64,000 nucleotides of DNA from Nitrospirota bacterium (GTDB taxonomy: Bacteria > Nitrospirota > Nitrospiria > Nitrospirales > Nitrospiraceae): NCBI GenBank assembly GCA_963701855.1, contig CAVPBK010000006.1, positions 224,001-288,000 of the forward strand, read 5' to 3'. Below, piece by piece: positions 61,367 through 64,000 of the stretch. A model generated the notes under the pieces. The model had not been told where the DNA came from. It ran no database searches and saw only the letters and a program-made list of their open reading frames with translations. The position numbers and the translations under genes are program-made. How positions within the stretch are numbered: the first letter of the stretch is position 1; each line of letters begins with the position of its first letter.

Positions 61367-63262
61367 TCAGCGTTCCGGTATCCCAAGAGATTGGGTCTGG
61401 CTTAGAAGGATCGTGTCCAACCTCACGCGGGATTGTTCATGGAGGCGGCGAAATTCCTCTCTGGCGAGGAGCGGATCGGCAAAGGTCCGATCAGAGGGCG
61501 CGATGGGAGCGAGAGGAAACATAGTCAGCGATGACCTCTTGGCAGCCGGTGTGCTCTTCCAGGGATTGTAAAGCGGATCGCCGACGAGCACCATGCGCCA
61601 GCTGATCCATCGACTGGTTAAATAATAGGCCTCGACCAGCGAATACTGGCCGGTCATCAGGAGTGCCACGAACTCGAGCGGTTCAGGAAAGGCATCCAGG
61701 TACGGTTCACCGATGGAACCGAGCGTCGAGGTGATCCCCCGTTCCAGCGCATTCTTGCACCAGCCTGGCTCGGAAGCGCGGTGGAGGCTCACCGCTTCCG
61801 CGGAAGCCATATGATAGCCGATGGCGCCTGACCGAAAGGTAAACGCGTCCTCGTATTGTCTGAGCCGATACCAGCCTACATAGAGCGCGACATCCGGCGC
61901 CTCACCAGGACGATGCAATCGAGTCTCGGTGTTCTCTAGTTTCGATCGGTAGGTCGTGTGCTGTGTGAGGAAGTTGTTCAAGTCACGCAAGCTTTGATCG
62001 TATCGGCCATAGGTATCCGATTGGTCTTTAACCGACAGGCCTCGAGCATCCAGATAGACGGTTCCGATGAGTCCTTGTTGCTCCGTCTCTCTCGCCCGAT
62101 CCACTAGACGGAAGGCCAGGTCGGCAGTTGGTGCATCGAGTCGGCTCACCATTAGTATAGGGATATCTCGGCGGGACCCTCCCGCAGCCTTCTTGAAAGA
62201 GTGATGGAGCGGATTGGCCCGCCGCCAAGAAGCCCCGTATTGGTGGCGATCCCACCAGAGCAGGCTCAACTCGCTATCCACACTTGCGTCGGCCTGTTCG
62301 TCTGACAAGAGATTCAGCTCCAGAGCCGCCAGGCCAAAGACGCCATAAGCCCCATAGACCTTCCCGACCTCTTCATATAATTCAGCTCGCCGGCTGCGGA
62401 CTGGGAGTTCCAACGACCCCAGCAACAACTGCAATCCCTCCAACTGCTCAACCCGCATAGGTGCGCCTCCCCCGCCAACCGAATCCTGGCCCTCTTGAGG
62501 GAGATCATGGTGCAGTTGCGCAAGGCCAGCCATCCCTTGATGAGCCTGAACCACAGCTTCCAACTGCGCAGACCACTGATGAAGGATTGGCGGCTTCAGC
62601 TGCGTGACCCGCTTAACGGACTCCTGGACCGCCTCGTCGACTCGCAGCAAGAACGCCACATGGCGTTCATGCGTCACAACCCCTTGTTCCTCCTTTGTGG
62701 ACGGAGCCGGCTTGGAACCGGATTGCAGAGCAATGTCGCGAGCCTGGCGCTCAATGTCCACCAACTGTGACCTCGCGGCGCCGAGTCTGTTACTCGCATC
62801 ACGTTGCCAGCGCTGTTCCTCTGGCGTGAGCTTCGGCGGCTCGACTCGTAGAGGCACGCCATAGACCGTCACCAGCACACGAACGGATTGTTGGATTCGC
62901 TGGTCCTGCAACGCCTGCCGAAGCGGTATGACCAATCGACGCTCATAGTTTTCCCGGCTCATGGTGTCGTCGAGCGGAAGATCCAGTTGGGCAATCTGTT
63001 GCAAGGGGACTCCTCGGCGAGTCGCATAATGTTCCGCGACCATCAGGCTCTCCCGGCTGTTGGCATTGGCAACGATCATCACCTGATTGGCCGAGAGTTC
63101 GGCTTGGGCCGGGAGAACTTTCCCCATGAAAGTGATGACGAGGAGAACTAACCCCGTGGTCGCAAGTCGAATCGGCAGGAAGAAAGAGGTTAACTCCTCA
63201 TGGGGAAAACGTGTGGCCAACGTCATTGTGTGCAGTGTAAAAGATCTACCGCGCATGAACAA
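61367..63262 (-). CDS. Exported TIGR03790-like protein
   Basis: Signal region, VAN.NS..S..VAEHY...RGVP, ASVDSEL, MVSRLD, GWY, GAIGYHMAS, EPYL.AFP, GDPLYNP; start uncertain. Confidence 0.75.
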   Translation of the reverse strand: MFMRGRSFTLHTMTLATRFPHEELTSFFLPIRLATTGLVLLVITFMGKVLPAQAELSANQVMIVANANSRESLMVAEHYATRRGVPLQQIAQLDLPLDDTMSRENYERRLVIPLRQALQDQRIQQSVRVLVTVYGVPLRVEPPKLTPEEQRWQRDASNRLGAARSQLVDIERQARDIALQSGSKPAPSTKEEQGVVTHERHVAFLLRVDEAVQESVKRVTQLKPPILHQWSAQLEAVVQAHQGMAGLAQLHHDLPQEGQDSVGGGGAPMRVEQLEGLQLLLGSLELPVRSRRAELYEEVGKVYGAYGVFGLAALELNLLSDEQADASVDSELSLLWWDRHQYGASWRRANPLHHSFKKAAGGSRRDIPILMVSRLDAPTADLAFRLVDRARETEQQGLIGTVYLDARGLSVKDQSDTYGRYDQSLRDLNNFLTQHTTYRSKLENTETRLHRPGEAPDVALYVGWYRLRQYEDAFTFRSGAIGYHMASAEAVSLHRASEPGWCKNALERGITSTLGSIGEPYLDAFPEPLEFVALLMTGQYSLVEAYYLTSRWISWRMVLVGDPLYNPWKSTPAAKRSSLTMFPLAPIAPSDRTFADPLLAREEFRRLHEQSRVRLDTILLSQTQSLGIPER

Positions 63263-63728
63263 GAACAGGTTCTGTGGTCCAGCCGTGCCAACAGCTGAGC
63301 ATCGAGGTTCTTGTGCGCGAGGAACAGCTGATCACGCAACACAATCAACTGGCAAAACACCAATCCCCGAGGAAGGCGGGATCGCCTACCCATCAGCCTT
63401 CAAGTACGGCATAAGTGCCAGCCATCAGCCCGAGATCTCTTATCACTGGTGTCGTGAGCTATTTGGATTATGGTAACTGACGCCGTCTTCATAATCATGC
63501 AGCCAGGTCGTCCCCGTTAGTCGGCCTTGAGCGTAACTTAGGCGAAGCTCATTTTAGCGGCGGCCACCCTTTCAGCAATGAGGCTGCGCTCTTTTATGGA
63601 AACTTTCTCATCCGGCCGGTTTCTCGGCAGTAAACTATGCTCTGGTTCGGAACGTGATTGGGAGTATTCCTTACCACTGAGTTCTCAAGAAAAGACTCCC
63701 GACCACCCTATGAGTCCCCATCGTGTCG

Positions 63729-64000
63729 TCAACTCGTCCTTCCATCCCTCACATCGAACACCTTTTTTACGGCTGTCAGCAATGTCGCTTGATTGATCGG
63801 GTTCGACAAGATGCTGGACACGCCTTGCTTGACAAGCACCCTCGCTCTTTCGGTCGTCACTTCGCCGCTTAACACGATGACTGAGGCATGAGGAAACTGG
63901 GATCGAAAATAGGGGATCGCCTCCATTCCGCCCATATTCGGCATTTTAAGGTCGCAGATGATGGCGCCCAATGCAAACGGGTTATCTCCGCGCTTAATAG
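63729..64000 (-). CDS. Response regulator receiver protein, 5' end outside the window
   Basis: IICDLKMPNMGG, VIVLSG; frame open to the window edge. Confidence 0.8.
   Translation of the reverse strand, partial: IKRGDNPFALGAIICDLKMPNMGGMEAIPYFRSQFPHASVIVLSGEVTTERARVLVKQGVSSILSNPINQATLLTAVKKVFDVRDGRTS

Noticed and set aside
63280..63720. Riboswitch upstream of the TIGR03790-like gene
   Set aside because: Small hairpins are present but no riboswitch consensus could be recognised; an Rfam scan would be needed.
1..64000. CRISPR array, rRNA or prophage
   Set aside because: No regularly spaced repeats with unique spacers, and no cas, rRNA or phage structural genes were seen.

Overview
Bacterial chromosomal window, most likely from a Nitrospira-like chemolithoautotroph. 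The assignment is inferred from gene content: a five-subunit 2-oxoacid:ferredoxin oxidoreductase, a UBact-proteasome operon and RNase HIII. 1-30 kb is mostly housekeeping: ilvB-ilvN, RNase P RNA, rnhC, tRNA-Ile2, dnaG-rpoD, rho-rpmE-prfA-prmC-murA-his genes, the por/for-type operon and tRNA-Asn. 31.5-38.3 kb is a complete arc-dop-ubact-prcB-prcA-pafA tagging and proteasome operon. 42-64 kb is accessory DNA. It holds non-autonomous repeats, an intact IS1202-family IS with a 16-bp target duplication beside an arsR-arsI-arsC operon, and a roughly 13-kb cluster that looks like a phosphate-starvation module. That cluster has an orphan PhoB-like regulator, a TraR/DksA-like factor, a PhoX-like phosphatase, mgsA, phoU, ppk1, several uncharacterised genes and recurring 11-bp-spaced Pho-box-like motifs. 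At least five genes are interrupted (M48 peptidase, dnaG, a DUF4238-like gene, a lipoprotein, the phoX-like gene), which could be real decay or assembly error. No CRISPR array, rRNA or prophage was seen. All family calls are by motif recognition only; no database searches were run.
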